IMG/VR virus record: IMGVR_UViG_3300038379_000399
Location: 1 to 25,294 of that record
DNA: 25,294 nucleotides
Direction: 5' to 3' (one strand)
Source: a virus
Lineage: Duplodnaviria; Caudoviricetes
The notes under the pieces are model-generated. The model was given only the letters and a program-made list of their open reading frames with translations. It searched no databases and had not been told where the DNA came from. Shown piece by piece: positions 24,831 to 25,294 of this stretch (its first letter is position 1; every line of letters begins with the position of its first letter). Position numbers and translations under genes: made by a program.

Positions 24831-25294
24831 TGGCTAAATCGGACACACGGATCTACGATGCACTTGTGAAGCGCGTAGTGCGCGCCGACAAGGCGCATGT
24901 GCGCGTGGGCGTGCTCGCGAGCAAAGGCGGTAGCGAGGATCATGACGGCATCAACATGGTTGATCTGGCCGCGATCCACGAATTTGGCGCGCCAGGTGCG
25001 GGCATCCCCGAGCGTTCGTTCATCCGACGCACCTTCAACGATAAGCGCAAAGAAGCAACGCAGTTGATTACTCGACTTGCAAAGGCCGTAATGGGGCCTA
25101 AGCAAATGCCTATTACCCAGGCCCTTAATACGCTCGGCGCTTGGGGCGCGGCCGAAGTGAAGAATACCATCGCCAAAGGCCCACATATCCCGCCCCCGCT
25201 GCAAGCCGAAACCGTCGCGCGCAAGGGCTCCGATCGCCCGCTCGTCGATACCGGGCGCCTCCTCAATTCTATTCAATGGGAGGTTAGGCTCAAA
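24830..25294 (+). CDS. Neck/virion morphogenesis protein, truncated by window edge
   Basis: Not in the ORF track. MAKSDTRIYDALV...VRVGV...AAIHEFGAP..GIPERSFIR...T..RKGSDRPLVDTG.L.NSI.WEV. Confidence 0.85.
   Translation, partial: MAKSDTRIYDALVKRVVRADKAHVRVGVLASKGGSEDHDGINMVDLAAIHEFGAPGAGIPERSFIRRTFNDKRKEATQLITRLAKAVMGPKQMPITQALNTLGAWGAAEVKNTIAKGPHIPPPLQAETVARKGSDRPLVDTGRLLNSIQWEVRLK

Noticed and set aside
1-25294. Cyanobacterial host based on HIP1 (GCGATCGC)
   Set aside because: Only about five full octamers; the signal is the CGATCG hexamer, and a sigma54-type promoter argues against cyanobacteria, which lack RpoN

Overview
This window is a fragment of a GC-rich (roughly 58-60% by eye) tailed dsDNA phage or prophage; no integrase or host chromosomal genes are visible. 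The left arm (1-9135, minus strand) is a tightly coupled early/replication operon: PD-(D/E)XK endonuclease, AEP primase-DnaB-type helicase fusion, lipoprotein trypsin-like protease, Cas4/RecB-like Fe-S exonuclease, SNF2-type helicase, SSB-like protein, a tRNA-like element with a shortened anticodon arm, a second structured RNA and two tandem HxHPW cupin paralogues. A divergent control/origin region (9136-9644) carries TTGCCACAG repeats, palindromes and a Fur-box-like operator. The right arm is packaging and head genes: TerS, TerL, DUF1073-type portal, Mu-F, DUF2213 protease/scaffold, decoration protein, DUF2184-type capsid, fibre-like genes, DUF4054 adaptor and neck. It is interrupted by a ~10-gene antisense cassette behind a sigma54-type promoter, encoding an SspB-like ClpXP adaptor, a lipoprotein and an RlpA-like transglycosylase, and by extra peptidases (HExxH, C39). 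The SspB type, sigma54 promoter and Fur-box consensus suggest a Myxococcota/delta-proteobacterial host (inference). All calls come from reading motifs by eye; no searches were run.
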